From: Alphaproteobacteria bacterium
GTDB taxonomy: Bacteria > Pseudomonadota > Alphaproteobacteria > JAAXGF01
Length of the DNA: 64,000 nucleotides
Reading direction: 5' to 3'
Assembly: GCA_965218865.1 (NCBI GenBank)
Contig: CBDCME010000078.1
Location: 22,570 to 86,569 of the forward strand
The translations under genes and the position numbers were made by a program. The first letter of the stretch is position 1. Every line of letters begins with the position of its first letter. The notes beneath the pieces are model-generated. The model was given only the letters and a program-made list of their open reading frames with translations. It was not told the DNA's origin and did not search any database. This document shows, in pieces, positions 20,643 through 31,340 of this stretch.

Positions 20643-20864
20643 TCACCTGTGGGGCCAAAAGGTCATCATGACGGCGCACATCGCGACGCAGGGCAACATC
20701 TTCAACATCACCGGCAAGAGTTCCGTGCCCAAAAGCGAGCGGCCAAGATCGACTCCCACGCCGGCCCCCGCGCCGGCCAACACGAGCCAAGCCGATGGTC
20801 GCTTCAGCCAAGCCAATACGGCTTGAGGCATCGCGGTTGATGCGTGGGCTTGTCGTCCTCTCAT
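20643..20864 (-). CDS. small membrane protein with LPCVAMC motif (paralog of 14234-14674)
   Basis: ...WLVLAGAGAGVGVDL...LLPVMLKMLPCVAMCAVMM. The start is uncertain (an alternative M gives MPQAVLAWL). Confidence 0.45.
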   Translation of the reverse strand: MRGRQAHASTAMPQAVLAWLKRPSAWLVLAGAGAGVGVDLGRSLLGTELLPVMLKMLPCVAMCAVMMTFWPHR

Positions 20865-20957
20865 CGCTCGTCTCCTCGACGCACAACGCGCGTACTCCGA
20901 AATTCATCTTCACAAGTGACAGGTTTACCCGCCAACCCGCTCTTCCCGGGGCATCTT

Positions 20958-21360
20958 TCATTCGACCACGTAGACCTTGGGGTCGCCCTCGGAGATTTCG
21001 AAGATCGTGAAAGGCGCGTTCTTGCTTCCCATCATGCCGGGCGAGCCTTGCGGCATGCCGGGCAGCGAAATTCCTCTGATGTCTGGCCGTTCGCCGAGGA
21101 GGCGATTGAGCGTATTTACCGGCACGTGTCCTTCAATGGTGTAGCCCTCGACCAGTGTTGTATGACAGCCTTCCAACAACTTTGGTACGCCATGCTGTTG
21201 TTTGATCAAGGGCATGTCGTGTGTCGACTCCACCGTAACCTCAAAACTGTTGGCGCGCAGGTAATCGGCGTAACCCTCGCAACAGCCACATTGGGGGGTC
21301 TTGTAAAGAACCGCCTCCGTGCTCTCGCCGGCGTGGGCGGCGCTCCCAAAGGCTAAGTAA
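20958..21360 (-). pseudogene. DUF411 (CopG-type) periplasmic metal-binding protein, split by IS630a copy C
   Basis: ...AVLYKTPQCGCCEGYADYLRANSFEVTVESTHDM...GCHTTLVEGYTIEGHVP...PGMPQGSPGM. The signal-peptide codons MRARLAIALI lie at 22529-22560 and join in frame when the IS plus one TAA are removed. Confidence 0.85.
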
Positions 21361-22528
21361 TACCAACCGCCCCAGAGTTTGACTCACGCAAAGGTTTACA
21401 CGCTAGGTTTTGTGTGATTCAAGGTTGTTGGCGACAAGGGAGTGTGTTCAATGCCAACGATTCCTTTGCGAAACGACTTTGATGCTGAAAGAGTCCGTGT
21501 TCTTGCGGCACGGAGCGATGATGGGAACCAGGCGCGACGGCTTTTGTCGATGGCGGCCATCTACGATGGGATGGATCGAGCGTGCGCGGCGGGTATTGGC
21601 GGCATGGATCGGCAGACGTTGCGGGACTGGGTTCACCGGTTCAACGCGGGAGGTCCGGCCGGTCTGATCGACCGCAAGCCGAACGGGGCGTTGCGTCGGT
21701 TGACGCCGTCGCAAATGGCGGCGCTTTCGCGGGCTATCGAGGCCGGTCCCGATCCCGAACGGGATGGGGTCGTGCGCTGGCGCTGCATCGATCTCAAGCA
21801 ACTGATCCGAACGCGCTTCGGCGTGGACTATCACGAGCGGAGCGTCGGCAAGCTGCTGGCCGCGCTCGGGTTCTCGCATATTTCCGCGCGCCCGCGCCAC
21901 GTCGGCCAGGATGCGCGGGCACAGGAGGAATTTAAAAAAAAGTTTTCCCGAACACTTGGCGAAAATCGTAGCGGCACAGCCACCGGACACGCCCATCGAG
22001 GTTTGGTTTCAAGATGAAATGCGCGTCGGCCAGAAGAACAGCCTGGTGCGCCAGTGGGCCCCAAAGGGATCGCGCCCGCGCCAGGTCAAGGACCTACGGA
22101 CCTCTTCGGCGTATCTCTTCGGCGCCATCTGCCCCGAGCGCGGTGAGGGCGCGGCGCTGGTCATGCCGCGCGCCAATACTGAAGCCATGGACCTGCATCT
22201 CGAGGAAATCAGCCGGGCCGTTGCCCCAAACGCCCATGCCGTCGTGCTGCTCGACCAAGCCGCATGGCACACCACTGCCAAACTCGGCATCCCGGAGAAC
22301 ATCTCCCTCGTGCCTTTGCCACCCAAGTCCCCGGAGCTCAATCCCGCCGAAAATGTCTGGCAATACCTCCGCCAGAACTGGCTCTCCAATCGTGTCTTCG
22401 ACTCCTATGAAGCCATCGTCGAGGCCTCTTGCCAAGCCTGGAACAACCTGACCGACCGACCTTGGAAGATCATGTCCATCGGCCTCAGAGCGTGGGCTCG
22501 CACAAGTCAATGTTAAGGGCGGTTGGTA
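21361..22528 (+). mobile_element. IS630-family element type a, copy C (1168 bp)
   Basis: Same TIRs with one mismatch in the left one, flanked by TAA at 21358-21360 and 22529-22531. Confidence 0.9.
21451..22516 (+). CDS. IS630-family transposase, two-frame arrangement (orfA 21451-22017; orfB frame to 22516)
   Basis: HTH / winged-helix N-terminus and DDE_3 domain (...VWFQDEMRVGQKN...LLDQAAWH...LPPKSPELNPAENVW...). With A8 at 21934-21941, orfB lies in the +1 frame. Confidence 0.85.
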
Positions 22529-22808
22529 TAAATCAGTGCAATTGCCAATCGTGCTCGCATCTCCTAATCTCCTCGGTGAACAAATGTTACAGTCACGACG
22601 GGGTTTCCATCCCGCTCCCGAAATAGAAATTTCGTTGAGATCAATTCTGCACTCTACGATCTCCGCAGCGTGCCACAAAGACACCGTCGGGTCGGAAACC
22701 TGGTGGGCAGCGCTATGCCCTCAGAATCTGCGATGCGGGGTGAATTTCGAATGCTAGGCCGACCGCAGAAAGGGCGGGCCTTGCATCAACCGATGACGAA
22801 GGGCCTAG

Positions 22809-24400
22809 CCCGGATTATGCGTGAGGGGGTGGCGAGTATAGCTTAAACGATTGAAACGGCGTAGAATATTGGTGTCCAATCAAATTCACGTCGCGATCGT
22901 AAGGACACCCGCCATGATTGATTCTACGCTTCCCCTTCCGGGTTTGTCACCTGTTTCCGGCAAGGCCGTCGAGGTCCGCTTCGACGGCGGTCGGCTGTCG
23001 TCGGACGGTGGTTTGTTACCCTTTGCCGAGGTCGAAACGAAGCTTGGGGTCGCCGACCGTTTGGCTGTTTGCCTGAATGATCCGCGCGCGCCCGAACGTA
23101 TCGAGTATTCGCTTGCCGAGATGATCCGCTTTCGCCTCTTGGCGATCCTGGCCGGCTACGACGCCGACAGCCTGCGCCACGATCCGGTATTCAAGATCGC
23201 CCTCGACCGCTTGCCCGAAACCGACAAGGCGCTGTGTTCGCAGCCCAGCATTTCACGGCTGGAGAACTTGCCCTCGAAGGCGGCGCTTTATCGGATGGGC
23301 GCCGCCATGATCGATCTTTACTGCGATTCCTTCCGCCAGGTGCCCGATCGCATCGTGCTCGACATCGACGACACCTTCGATGCCGTCCATGGTGGCCAGC
23401 AATTGCGCCTGTTCAACGCCCACTACGACGAATACGGCTTCCAGCCCATCCACGTCTTCGATGTTTCCGGGCGCTTGGTCACCTCGGTGCTGCGTCCGGC
23501 CAAGCGGCCCAGCGGCAAGGAAATCCTGACCTTGGTGAAGCGGCTGATCGGCCGCATCCGGGAGAGATGGCCCCGGGTCACCATTTTGCTCCGTGGCGAC
23601 GGCCACTATGCCTGTCCCGAGGTCATGGATTGGTGCGACGCCAACGGCGTCGATTATCTCATCGGCCTGCCCGGCACCACCACCCTCAACCAACATACCG
23701 AAGGCCTGGTGGCCAAGACGCATAAGCGTTTCACCGAGATCAGCGCCGCCGATCCCGATCTCCCGGCCAGCTTCAAGCTGCGGCGCTTCAAGGAGTTCCG
23801 CGGCGGCGCAAAGTCCTGGAAACGCGCCCGCCGTATCATCGCCCGCGTCGAGGCCGGCTCTCAAGGAACCGACGTCCGTTACGTCGTCACCAACCTGAGC
23901 CGCGGCAAGCCGCGTCGGCTTTACGAAAAACTCTACTGCGCCCGCGGTCAGGCGGAAAACTTCATCAAGGCCCACAAAGCCCACCTCGCCTCGGATCGCA
24001 CCTCCTGCACGACCGCCACCGCCAACCAGTTCCGTCTCTTCCTCCACGGCGCCGCTTACTGGGTCTTGTGGCGCTTCCGGCAGAGCGCCCCCAAACGTTC
24101 CCCCCTGGCGCACGGCCCAGTTCGACACCATCCGCCTGCGCCTGCTCAAACTCGCCGCCCGGGTCGTCGAGAAGACGCGCAAGATCGTCATCCATTTGCC
24201 CACTTGCTGTCCCGATCAACAAATCTTCCGCCTCCTCGCCGAACGGAACCAGCACCTCCTGATTTGACATCTCGGGCAGCGTGCCCAGCCTTTCCGCCCT
24301 TCGTCCCCAACCGCAAACCCCACTCGCCAAGACCGGCTCCCGCCGGCCCGGCAAGGCGCGTCCAAATACCCCTATGCCGCGAGATTCACGAATATTCTGG
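22809..24400 (+). mobile_element. IS1380-family element (boundaries approximate)
   Basis: Imperfect terminal repeats CCCGGATTATGCGTGA (22809-) and TCACGAATATTCTGG (-24400) enclose an IS1380-type transposase gene. Confidence 0.6.
22914..24267 (+). pseudogene. IS1380-family transposase, frameshifted near the C-terminus
   Basis: MIDSTLPLPGLSPVSGKAVEVRFDGGRLSSDGGLL...CSQPSISRLEN... The frame breaks in the C6 run at 24100-24105. The true tail ...PWRTAQFDTIRLRLLKLAARVVEKTRKIVIHLPTCCP... is in another frame and ends at 24267. Confidence 0.8.
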
Positions 24401-24416
24401 AGCAACCCCGCCGCCG

Positions 24417-24767
24417 TCATGAATAATGGCGGCTAGAAGGATGTGGATCGGGATGGAGTGCCCGGTTGCGCAGGGCGGACCTAGCGATGGGGAATGTTTG
24501 TCCATGCGCGGTGGCTACGAAGAGAAGCCGATACGGAATCACTCCGAATGCGGTGCTCATGCACATGAGCGGGCAAATGCTTGCTTTGCCGTTGCCAGCA
24601 TCATTGTCGCAAGCATTACAGCCACCCGGCCCCGATGCGTTCATGCCAGCGCAAGCGGCCATGTTCATGCCCGCGTCGCTGGCCTGTGCTCCGGAAAGAC
24701 TTGTCCCCAGACAGAAAACGACGGCCAGGACAAGCGCCAGCATTTGACGAGAAAATTGCGGGTTCAT
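24417..24767 (-). CDS. secreted Cys-rich small protein (paralog of 17551-17892)
   Basis: MNPQFSRQMLALVLAVVFCLGTSLSGAQA...GGCNACDND...ICPLMCMSTAFGVIPY...HPDPHP. Shares the SRQM-LVL-LGTS leader, GCxxC, CxLxC, VIP and PDP(Y/H)P motifs with its paralog. Confidence 0.6.
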   Translation of the reverse strand: MNPQFSRQMLALVLAVVFCLGTSLSGAQASDAGMNMAACAGMNASGPGGCNACDNDAGNGKASICPLMCMSTAFGVIPYRLLFVATAHGQTFPIARSALRNRALHPDPHPSSRHYS

Positions 24768-24821
24768 GATGCATTCAATATGACAGGGCCGACGGGGGGC
24801 GGCAAGGTTTTCCGAATTCGG

Positions 24822-26228
24822 TGTCGATAACACGTGATATGGCCGGTCAATGTAACAAATGATCTGTCCGGCATTAGAACTCCTCCAGAAAGTGGAGGAG
24901 CTGATGCGCCGGACAGAGCAGTTACAGGGGTTGAGATTGATGAAGTTCGATGAGGTTTACGGACGCACCTACAGGGGTGAGTTGAGCCAGCTGGAGGCAG
25001 CCGAGATCCTGGGCATGTCCGAGCGCACGTTCCGACGCTGGCGCGATCGCTTTGAGGCCGAGGGCGCGGAGGGTCTTTACGACCGCCGCCTGGGTCGGGT
25101 TTCCGCGCGCCGCGCCGGGGTCGACGAGGTGGTGGCACTGTTGGGTCTGTTCGATACCAGGTACCGGCATTTCACCGCCTGGCACTTCTGGGAGAAGCTG
25201 GTTGCAAAGCACGACGTCACGCGCAGTTACAACTGGGTGCGGCTGACGCTCCAGGCGCACGGCCGGATCGCGCCGGCGCCGCGGCGCGGCGTGCACCGCC
25301 GCAAGCGGCCGCGCCGGCCGATGGTCGGCATGATGTTGCACCAGGACGGCTCCACGCACCAATGGGTGCCGGGTCAGTACTGGGACCTGATCGTGACCAT
25401 GGACGATGCCACTTCGGAGATCTATTCCGCCTTCTTCGTCGCCGAGGAGGGCACCATGTCGAGCTTTGTGGCGCTGCTGGAGGTGGGGTCGGCCATGGGG
25501 CTGTTCTGCTCGCTTTATGCAGACCGGGCCTCGCACTATTGGCACACGCCGGAGGCCGGCGGCAAGGTCGACAAGGACAATCCAACCCAGGTCGGACGTG
25601 CCCTGCAGCAACTCGGTATTGAGCTGATCCCGGCCTATTCGCCGGAGGCCCGGGGCCGCTCGGAGCGCATGTTCGGCACCCTGCAGAAACGCCTGCCGCA
25701 GGAACTCGATCTCGCCGGCATCACCGATATGGCGGCCGCCAACCGGTTCCTGAAAGAGGACTTCCTGCCGGCCCACAATGCCCGCTTCGCCCGGCCGGCC
25801 GAGGACACAGCCTCCGCCTTCGTGCCGTTCGCCGGCAACCTGGCGGACATCCTCTGTGTGCAGGAGGACCGTGTGGTCGGCAATGACAACACGGTGCGCT
25901 ACAAGAACTTGAGCCTGCAGATCCCGGCAGGCCGCCATCGCCACCACTACGTCAAGGCCAAAGTGAGTGTGCACGAATATCCCGACGGCGACCTTGCCGT
26001 CTTCCATGGCCCGCGCTGCCTGGCCCGCTACAAGAAAGACGGCACGCCGATCGAAAGCAGCGAAAGGCGGGCCGCGTGATCCGCTTCGACACGACCGGCC
26101 GGCGCTCTGTGGATAAGTGGACAGCTCGGCTGCGCCGACCTGACCACTTCCCCACAGAGCCAACATCCACAACAGAAGCGGTCAAATCATATGGTACATA
26201 AACCGGTCAATTCAGTTTGTTATCGACA
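24822..26228 (+). mobile_element. IS element with rve-type transposase (ISNCY/IS1202-like), 1407 bp, 16-bp target duplication
   Basis: TIRs TGTCGATAACA... and ...TGTTATCGACA. Perfect direct repeat GGTTTTCCGAATTCGG at 24806-24821 and 26229-26244. Confidence 0.85.
24859..26079 (+). CDS. DDE (rve integrase-core) transposase
   Basis: 406-aa intact ORF. HTH (LSQLEAAEILGMSERTFRRWRDRF), then MMLHQDGSTHQW...TMDDATSEIY...YADRASHYW...IPAYSPEARGRSERMFGTLQ. Confidence 0.8.
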   Translation: MICPALELLQKVEELMRRTEQLQGLRLMKFDEVYGRTYRGELSQLEAAEILGMSERTFRRWRDRFEAEGAEGLYDRRLGRVSARRAGVDEVVALLGLFDTRYRHFTAWHFWEKLVAKHDVTRSYNWVRLTLQAHGRIAPAPRRGVHRRKRPRRPMVGMMLHQDGSTHQWVPGQYWDLIVTMDDATSEIYSAFFVAEEGTMSSFVALLEVGSAMGLFCSLYADRASHYWHTPEAGGKVDKDNPTQVGRALQQLGIELIPAYSPEARGRSERMFGTLQKRLPQELDLAGITDMAAANRFLKEDFLPAHNARFARPAEDTASAFVPFAGNLADILCVQEDRVVGNDNTVRYKNLSLQIPAGRHRHHYVKAKVSVHEYPDGDLAVFHGPRCLARYKKDGTPIESSERRAA

Positions 26229-26595
26229 GGTTTTCCGAATTCGGCGGGCACCGCATCACAATTGGCGCTATTTCTGTATGCGGCTGTTGCCGAAATCGGC
26301 AACCAGCACAATGCCGTCCGCAGCGATCGCCACCGCGATTGGGTAGCGAATGTACATCATGACTACAAGGCGGATCACCTCGGGCGAGCTGTTGAATTAT
26401 CGGAATGGATTGCGCATCGTTGGACGCTAACTGACGTCCCTATCCGTCTCAAGCAAATTTGCTCTGACAATGCCAGATCATGTGCTACGAAACCCGGACA
26501 TACCTCGTGCTTTCGATACCGAACGAAAATTTTGTTGACTTTCAGCCACCCGGAGGCGCAACCTATATAGACTGAGGGGTAGCGCCGAAATTGGC

Positions 26596-26961
26596 ATGCT
26601 CTGCGACCATACTTGTAACAGTAAACTCTTCGGATTTGGGCTTGGCATAGCCCTTTTGGTTGCTGCATTGGCTGGCAACCTGCCCTCAGTCGCCAACGCA
26701 CATGAATCGGAACACACGCCTGTAGTTGCTCAAGAACATGGCGTGGACATGGTAAAGTGGTGTGCTCATGGAGATGGTGCAGAGAACCCCTCCGCCGGCC
26801 ATGGGGCGCATTGTTTTGCGCCAGCTTTCGCTTCCTTCAATTCCGCCGATCAAGTTTCTTGGTTTGCAGTTGATCACACCCCCAGTTATCCCACCGAGGA
26901 AGCGTATCGCCACGGCCTAACGGTCGGCGCCGAACCTCCACCCCCACGCATAACGTCCTGA
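26596..26961 (+). CDS. secreted His/Cys protein (possibly DUF2946-like)
   Basis: Signal or anchor LFGFGLGIALLVAALAGNLPSVANA, then KWCAHGDG...GHGAHCF and a C-terminal PPPPR. The family call is tentative. Confidence 0.45.
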   Translation: MLCDHTCNSKLFGFGLGIALLVAALAGNLPSVANAHESEHTPVVAQEHGVDMVKWCAHGDGAENPSAGHGAHCFAPAFASFNSADQVSWFAVDHTPSYPTEEAYRHGLTVGAEPPPPRITS

Positions 26962-27147
26962 CTTAAGTTTGCTCTAACGCCGTTGGCGGCCCGGACTGTC
27001 GAACGTCCGAGCGCCCGGCTATCCGGCAAATAGTTAGCCTTTTCCAGGACGGAGAATTTCAATGTGCGAAACGATTGCCCCCCCTGGCGGTCGGGGGGCT
27101 GACGCCGTAGTCGTTAGATCAAAAGGCGGCTCGCTAAGCATCGTTTT

Positions 27148-27486
27148 TTGACAGCGATTCTCGCTGGCTGTGCCACCCCCGATTTCGTCGATCCCGGTAC
27201 CTCGGCAAACCATCCAGCCAACCCCGCGGCTATTGAATCACCGGCACTGGAGCCCTCGGTAACGCTGAGCATTCCCAGTGACGAGGACGACACGATCAGC
27301 GTGCCGGAGACTACCGAGCATTCGGGAGGCATGCACCACGGCGGTTCAATGCATCACAAGATGCACGAGCCGCAGAAAGGCGGCGAGGAGAAGCCGCCGA
27401 TGACGCATGAGCACCACGGCGGTCAACCCAAGGACGCTGACGAAAAGGCCAAGGGCCATCACCACGGTCACGGAATGGCGAAATGA
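27148..27486 (+). CDS. His/Met-rich putative lipoprotein
   Basis: LAGC lipobox. HSGGMHHGGSMHHKMHEPQKGG...MTHEHHGG...KGHHHGHGM. Start uncertain (TTG); a better signal peptide (KRRLAKHRF) lies upstream in frame but has no canonical start. Overlaps the next gene by ATGA. Confidence 0.55.
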   Translation: MTAILAGCATPDFVDPGTSANHPANPAAIESPALEPSVTLSIPSDEDDTISVPETTEHSGGMHHGGSMHHKMHEPQKGGEEKPPMTHEHHGGQPKDADEKAKGHHHGHGMAK

Positions 27487-28907
27487 CCCGCCGCCGTCAG
27501 TGCAAAGCTATGACAGCCGTGTTTGCCGCTCTTGCGGTAACGGGCTGCGCGAGCCTTTCACCCAACGCGGCGTTCGACGATGTCGCGGCCGTCGTGAACG
27601 AGCGCGGTGGACACCGTATCCACTGGAATCAAGGATCCGAGGAGGACGCGAGAGTCGAAGCGGTAGTCGCTGAGATGCTTTCGAAAGAGCTGACCGCCAA
27701 CTCGGCGGTGCAGATCGCCCTACTTAATAACCCAAGCCTACAAGCTATCTATGCGAGCCTGGGCGTTGCCCAAGCCGATCTCGTCCAAGCCGGCTTATTG
27801 CGGAATCCGATTTTCGAAACCGTGTTTCGCTTTCCCGAAAGCGGCGGTTCGGTGAGCTGGGATATTGGGATCGCGTTCGAGTTCCTGAGTCTGTTCACGC
27901 TTCCGTTGCGCATGAAAGTGGCCGAATCCGAGTTCGAGGCGGCTCGTATTCGCGTCGCTGCGGAGGTCCTCGATCACGCGGCACGGACCCAGATAGCGTT
28001 TTATGGGCTTCAAGCTGCGATGCAAAGCGTGGAGATGCTTCGGCAAGTGGCAGATTCGACCCAAGCCTCCCATCAACTCTCGAAGCGGCTGCATCACGCG
28101 GGAAACATTACGGACCTTGCACTCGTTCAAAGCCGGGGAATCGCGGAACAGGCGCGCATTGACCTGGCCGACGCCGAGGCGGCGGCTGTGGCAACGCGAG
28201 AGCAAATGAATGTCCTCATGGGGCTTTGGGGGCCGCGGACCGAATGGAAGGCGGTCGATCACCTGCCGACGTTGCCCGAAGAGGAGATTGATCTCGAAAG
28301 GGTCGAAAGCCGTGCCGTGGCGCGTAGCTTCGACCTGGCGCTCGCACGGGAGAATCTCGTGACGCTGGGGCGGCAATACGGCATAACCCAAGCCACCTTG
28401 ATCATCCCGGATTTTGAGGTTGGGGTTGAGGGGGAACGAGACGACCGGGTGTGGGAGACCGGCCCCGGAGTGGCGTTTGCCCTTCCCCTGTTCGATCAGG
28501 GTCAGGCTCGAAGAGCCGCCGTGCGGGCAGCCATTTCCGGCGCGCAGAATGAATATGAGGCACTGGCCGTGCGCGTACGCGCGCAAGCCCGCGCCGCTCA
28601 CTGCAATCTTCTCTCCTCGCGCCAGAAGGTCGGTTATTACGAAGAGGTTATCTTGCCGCTCCGGCAACGGATCGTGGCCGAGACCCTGCTGCAATATAAT
28701 GCCATGCAGCTCGGCACCTTTCAGCTCCTGTTCGCCAAGCAGCAACATATCGACGCTGGCAGCCGTTACATCCTTTCCCTTTACGACTACTGGGTCACCC
28801 GCTCGACGCTGGAGCAGATTCTCAGCGGACGCCTGCCGCCGGATGGCGCACGTGTCATGCCGGCACGGCTCACACCGGAAACCCAAACCCAAATAGGAGA
28901 TCACTAA
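27483..28907 (+). CDS. TolC/CusC-family outer-membrane efflux protein
   Basis: 474 aa with lipobox LAVTGC and OEP-type repeats (two alpha-helical/beta-barrel halves). Its stop overlaps the MCO3 ATG. Confidence 0.8.
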   Translation: MTRRRQCKAMTAVFAALAVTGCASLSPNAAFDDVAAVVNERGGHRIHWNQGSEEDARVEAVVAEMLSKELTANSAVQIALLNNPSLQAIYASLGVAQADLVQAGLLRNPIFETVFRFPESGGSVSWDIGIAFEFLSLFTLPLRMKVAESEFEAARIRVAAEVLDHAARTQIAFYGLQAAMQSVEMLRQVADSTQASHQLSKRLHHAGNITDLALVQSRGIAEQARIDLADAEAAAVATREQMNVLMGLWGPRTEWKAVDHLPTLPEEEIDLERVESRAVARSFDLALARENLVTLGRQYGITQATLIIPDFEVGVEGERDDRVWETGPGVAFALPLFDQGQARRAAVRAAISGAQNEYEALAVRVRAQARAAHCNLLSSRQKVGYYEEVILPLRQRIVAETLLQYNAMQLGTFQLLFAKQQHIDAGSRYILSLYDYWVTRSTLEQILSGRLPPDGARVMPARLTPETQTQIGDH

Positions 28908-30172
28908 TGGTTACGCGACGCGAAGCCCTCATCGGGACGGGCGCGGCCCTTGGCGGACTCGCCCTGAGCGCCACGAACGCCGGCGCCCAAAGCCCCACGG
29001 CGTGGTCCTCGGAGGCGCCCTCGGCCCCCGGCGAGCCAGGCAAGGACTACACCCCTGTGGTAACGCCGAATGGCAGAACGCTGCCATTCCGCATCATCGA
29101 TGGCGTGAAGGTTTTTCACCTCGTCGCCGAGGAAGTGCGCCATGAATTCGCGCCTGGCCTGAAGGCCCATTGTTGGAGTTACAACGGTGGCGTGCACGGC
29201 CCCACCATCGAGGTGGTGGAAGGCGACCACGTGCGTATCTATGTGACCAACAGATTACCCGCGCCGACCACGGTGCACTGGCACGGCGTGATTCTACCCG
29301 CCGGGATGGACGGGGTTAGTGGATTGACGCAGCCGCCGATCCCACTCGGCGAGACCTTCCGCTACAAATTCACGCTGCGCCAGAACGGTACATTCATGTA
29401 TCACTCGCACCACGACTCTATGACCCAGGATGGGTTGGGCTTAACGGGGATCTTGATCATCCATCCCCGACGTCCGACCGGCCCCAAGGTCGACCGTGAC
29501 TTCGCCATCATGCTTCACGAATGGCGAATCGATGCCGGAACGGCGCGGCCCAACACCAACGAAATGAGCGATTTCAATGTGCTGACCATGAACGGGAGGG
29601 TATTCCCGGCGACGGAACCTCTGGTTGTTCGCTTGGGCCAGCGCGTCCGCATCCGCTTTGCCAATCTTTCGGCCATGGATCACCATCCGATCCACTTACA
29701 CGGCTATGAATTCCTGGAGACCGCCGTGGACGGGTATCGCATCCCGGAAGCACGGCAGGTTCGTAAGGTCACGAGCTTGGTCGGGGTGGGCCAAACGCGC
29801 GATATCGAGTTCGTCGCGGAATATCCCGGTGACTGGATTTTTCATTGCCATATGACCCATCACATGATGAACCAGATGGGTCACGACTTCCCCAATATGG
29901 TCGGCGTTTCCCCAGGAGACCTGGAACGGAAAATCGCGAGTCTGCTCCCCGGATACATGACGATGGGCCAGACCGGCATTGGCGACATGATGGACATGGC
30001 GATGCCCGCATCGCCATGCTCAAGACCAAGGGGCCCTTCGGCGCCAAGGTCATGCTCGGCGGCATGGCCAATGTTCTGAAGGTCAGGCCGAACATCAGAA
30101 ACTACGAGGACCCGGGCTGGTACCGGTATCCGCCCGTCACCGTGGCAAGCCGGGCGTCCTCTGACGATCTAA
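28907..30172 (+). pseudogene. multicopper oxidase with TAT leader (CopA-like), MCO3
   Basis: MVTRREALIGTGAALGGLAL, HWHG, HSHHD, HPIHLHG and HCHMTHHMMNQMGH motifs. A frameshift near 30005-30015 moves ...IAMLKTKGPFGAKVMLGGMANVLKVR...DPGWY to another frame. The last codons are cut by IS630a copy D. Confidence 0.8.
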
Positions 30173-31340
30173 TACCAACCGCCCTTAACATTGCCTTGTG
30201 CGAGCCCACGCTCTGAGGCCGATGGACATGATCTTCCAAGGTTGGTCGGTCAGGTTGTTCCAGGCTTGGCAAGAGGCCTCGACGATGGCTTCATAGGAGT
30301 CGAAGACACGATTGGAGAGCCAGTTCTGGCGGAGGTATTGCCAGACATTTTCGGCGGGATTGATCTCCGGGGACTTGGGTGGCAAAGGCACGAGGGAGAT
30401 GTTCTCCGGGATGCCGAGTTTGGCAGTGGTGTGCCATGCGGCTTGGTCGAGCAGCACGACGGCATGGGCGTTTGGGGCAACGGCCCGGCTGATTTCCTCG
30501 AGATGCAGGTCCATGGCTTCAGTATTGGCGCGCGGCATGACCAGCGCCGCGCCCTCACCGCGCTCGGGGCAGATGGCGCCGAAGAGATACGCCGAAGAGG
30601 TCCGTAGGTCCTTGACCTGGCGCGGGCGCGATCCCTTTGGGGCCCACTGGCGCACCAGGCTGTTCTTCTGGCCGACGCGCATTTCATCTTGAAACCAAAC
30701 CTCGATGGGCGTGTCCGGTGGCTGTGCCGCTACGATTTTCGCCAAGTGTTCGGGAAAACTTTTTTTTAAATTCCTCCTGTGCCCGCGCATCCTGGCCGAC
30801 GTGGCGCGGGCGCGCGGAAATATGCGAGAACCCGAGCGCGGCCAGCAGCTTGCCGACGCTCCGCTCGTGATAGTCCACGCCGAAGCGCGTTCGGATCAGT
30901 TGCTTGAGATCGATGCAGCGCCAGCGCACGACCCCATCCCGTTCGGGATCGGGACCGGCCTCGATAGCCCGCGAAAGCGCCGCCATTTGCGACGGCGTCA
31001 ACCGACGCAACGCCCCGTTCGGCTTGCGGTCGATCAGACCGGCCGGACCTCCCGCGTTGAACCGGTGAACCCAGTCCCGCAACGTCTGCCGATCCATGCC
31101 GCCAATACGCGCCGCGCACGCTCGATCCATCCCATCGTAGATGGCCGCCATCGACAAAAGCCGTCGCGCCTGGTTCCCATCATCGCTCCGTGCCGCAAGA
31201 ACACGGACTCTTTCAGCATCAAAGTCGTTTCACAAAGGAATCGTTGGCATTGAACACACTCCCTTGTTGCCAACAACCTTGAATCACACAAAACCTAGCG
31301 TGTAAACCTTTGCGCGAGTCAAACTCTAGGGCGGTTGGTA
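30173..31340 (-). mobile_element. IS630-family element type a, copy D (1168 bp)
   Basis: Same TIRs, flanked by TAA at 30170-30172 and 31341-31343. Confidence 0.9.
30185..31250 (-). pseudogene. IS630-family transposase with nonsense codon 7
   Basis: Codon 7 is TGA (31230-31232), where the other copies have CGA. The run at 30760-30767 is T8 on the + strand (A8 form). Confidence 0.8.

Noticed and set aside
26262-26390. Short minus-strand frame ...YPIAVAIAADGIVLVADFGNSRIQK resembling a single NHL repeat.
   Set aside because: It covers about 40 codons bounded by stops and has no start codon. At most it is a gene fragment next to the IS insertion, so it is not annotated as a feature.
26535-26570. 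TTGACT ... TATATA upstream of 26596 as a sigma-70 or MerR-type promoter.
   Set aside because: The spacer is about 23 nt, too long for either class, and no palindromic operator was found.
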